Origin: the human T2T-CHM13v2.0 reference genome, Homo sapiens
Assembly (NCBI RefSeq): GCF_009914755.1
Contig: NC_060936.1
Direction: 5' to 3' (one strand)
DNA length: 64,000 bases
Notes under the pieces: generated by a model
What the model was told of the DNA's origin: nothing
What the model saw: only the letters and a program-made list of their open reading frames with translations
Database searches by the model: none
Shown here: piece by piece, positions 59,771 to 64,000 of the stretch
How positions within the stretch are numbered: position 1 is the first letter of the stretch
Layout of the letters: each line of letters begins with the position of its first letter
Position numbers and translations under genes: made by a program

Positions 59771-60839
59771 GAATTGAAACATGGATTTGTTTACTCTTGA
59801 TTTTGCCACAGTCCTGGAATTAACCCAATTTTGGCTTTTTATCCAGCTATAGATGCCAGTTTGGCTGAGGTATCCGGTGGGTAACTTCTGAGACAGGTAT
59901 CAAGGCTTTAGTCAGGCCAGCGCCTGAAGGGACAGTCTTTGTTACAGCTCAAAGGGTCACTTTTTGGCCTGATTACAGGAAGCAACTGAGCCTTCAATAC
60001 TTAAAGAATAGGCACTCTGTTAGATTTGATTTTTCCTACCAGGTGGCAGGCCTTTCCCTCCAAAGCCCTCCCTGCCTGCTACCTTCTTGGTGACCCTGCC
60101 TGTTGGTGCATTCACCATCATTTGCAAGACTCCAAGACCATCCAATTTGGGTCCAGAAAAGCAACACTCAGTCTGCCTTTGCTGTTACCCATGGCTCTGA
60201 TTTAGGAGAGGCTGGGAGGGGCTCTTTCTGTAGGTGCTCAGCTTGTATGGACTGCTGGGTGGATTTCCAAGAACCAGGACTCACACCCAGTCCCTGGGAT
60301 CTCCCAGACCAGCTGGTGATCCCTCTGGTCATGCCAGTCAAGGGGCCAAAATGCCCATCCCAGTGGCTGCCTCCCCTCGCCTGCAGGGTGAGACAGAGGG
60401 TGAGTTCAGGGTCTCTGGGCCTGGGGGAACCATAGAAGACCCTCTAAGGCTCAAAAGACCCCAAGAGCACCCTCTCCCAGCCTGACAGCTTTGCTCCACC
60501 ACCTTCCAGGGGCTTTTGCTGCACCGCCTGGGACAAGAGCTGACTCTATCCTGTGTCTCTAAAACAGCCACCCAGAAGCCACCTTTCATAGTATCTTCCC
60601 ATATGTACTGTTGTCACTTATTTTACACTTTTCTTCAAATGGACTCAGTTTTCTTTTTCTTCTTTTTACTGTAAATATATGTATTGGAGAAGGAAACATT
60701 ACGTTGCTACTTTAAATGAAACACCAGTTTTCCTTTGCAGAAAAAAAATTAACAGAAAAATAAATCTACGTATGTTAATTTTAAAAAATTCCATGTTTAA
60801 CTTGGTATAGTCTTATCTATAATAGCTCCCTTTATATAT

Positions 60840-61871
<1,032 letters not shown>

Positions 61872-61953
61872 TGAGGAGAGCAAGAGCAACTCACACATCA
61901 CAGGAACTCATCCTGCGCTGTGGAAAATGCTACTCAGTTGGTGCGATTTCTCC

Positions 61954-62294
61954 TTTATTTATTTATTTATTTTTTTGAGACAGGGTCTCATTCTGTTGCT
62001 CAGGCTGATCAGTGGAGTGATCACAGCTCACTGAAGCCTTGAACTCCTGGACTCAAGCAATCCTCTTATCTTTGCCTCCTAAGTATCTGGGACTGCAGGT
62101 GTGCACCACCACTCCTGGCTAATCGTGTGTGTGTCTGTGTGTGTGTGTGTTGTTGTTGTTGTTGTTGTTGTTGTTGCTGAGACAGGATCTCACTGTGTTG
62201 CCCAAGCTGGTCTCAAACTCCTGGGCTCAAGTGATCCTCCCACCTTGGCCTCCTGAAGTGCTGGGATTACAGGTGTGAGCCACTGTACCCGACC
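61954..62294 (-). mobile_element. AluJ-type with a (TG)n(TTG)n linker microsatellite at 62125-62177
   Basis: Direct reading. Confidence 0.92.
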
Positions 62295-62459
62295 TCTAAT
62301 TATTATTTGTAATTCTTCTCCTCACAGCTCAATGATATCTTTAGTAGACTCTGCCTACTCATTTCCCTCTTAGAGATTCATGACCCACATTAGCATACTA
62401 AAGGCTCTGAAAAGTCCTGCATCCACAAAAATGTGTTCAATATGTTTTTGCTGGAGGGA

Positions 62460-62630
62460 AGAGCTGCCATTTGTCGAGCCCATACCATGTCCCTGGCACT
62501 ATGCTGAGTGCCCTAGGAGGTGGATGCTATCATTATACCTGTTTCGCAGATGAGGGAACCAAGGCTGAAAGAGGCAAATCACTTATCCCAAGATTCCCAG
62601 ATAGAAAGCTGCAGAGCCAGGATTAGAATA
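62460..62630 (-). mobile_element. MIR
   Basis: gtttcgcagatgagggaaccaaggctg...gcagagccaggattagaa. Confidence 0.78.
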
Positions 62631-63038
62631 CTTTCCCTTAATTGCCATGTGACGCCTCCTTCTGAAGCCACAAAGCAATTATTGGAGGCAATCTAGTGGC
62701 TGAGAGCACAGACTCTGGTTCAGGTCCCAGCTCTGCCACTTGCTAGCTGGAGTAGAACAAGTCACTTACCTGTACCATGGGGTTACAGAGCCATTGGAAC
62801 AAATCAGTCATATACAGAGTGATCAGAGCAGTGTCTAACAGCGCCTGGGGGAAATGGAGATTCAGAGAGGTGAAGTGATTTGGCCACAGTCACACAGGAA
62901 GTGGCAGGCGCAGGGTTTGGACCCAGGCCTGGGTGACCCCAGAACCTCATGGGATCCTGTGACCTGTTGACCCTGAGCTCACTTCCTGATTCTGGTCCCC
63001 GTTTGTCCCTGTATCTCAGGCTTCCTTCCAGCTCCCCC

Positions 63039-64000
<962 letters not shown>

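Larger units (their letters stand above)
58461..60295 (+). repeat. ~205-bp dispersed direct duplication (58461-58665 and 60082-60295)
   Basis: Roughly 90% identical by eye with one 9-bp indel; not a repeat family I recognise. Confidence 0.92.

Overview
Great-ape (hominid) nuclear DNA, non-coding and repeat-dense. It contains an SVA, about 40 Alu/FLAM copies, MIR, L2, old L1M, MaLR/ERVL/ERV1 LTRs and hAT/Tigger MITEs. No protein-coding gene, RNA gene or CRISPR array can be supported; the listed ORFs are repeat-derived or chance. The best-supported unusual structure is a full-length minus-strand SVA whose 15-bp target-site duplication (10363-10377 / 13156-13170) also encloses a ~730-bp 3'-transduced segment carrying an Alu, a MER46-type fragment, its own AATAAA and a second poly(A). 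This SVA also has a 20-bp SINE-R deletion and a duplicated 5' junction. It sits in a twin-primed old L1 inside an MLT1 provirus remnant. The window also holds several short-range duplications that independent TE insertion does not explain well: a 123-bp inverted repeat (47658/48447), a 71-bp inverted repeat with a perfect inner core (25909/26880), a ~205-bp direct copy (58461/60082) and a multi-template mosaic scar (36767-37160). I found no new enzymatic or genetic system; the novelty is in retrotransposition and repair scars. Repeat subfamily names come from recalled consensus sequences, and boundaries of old repeats are approximate.
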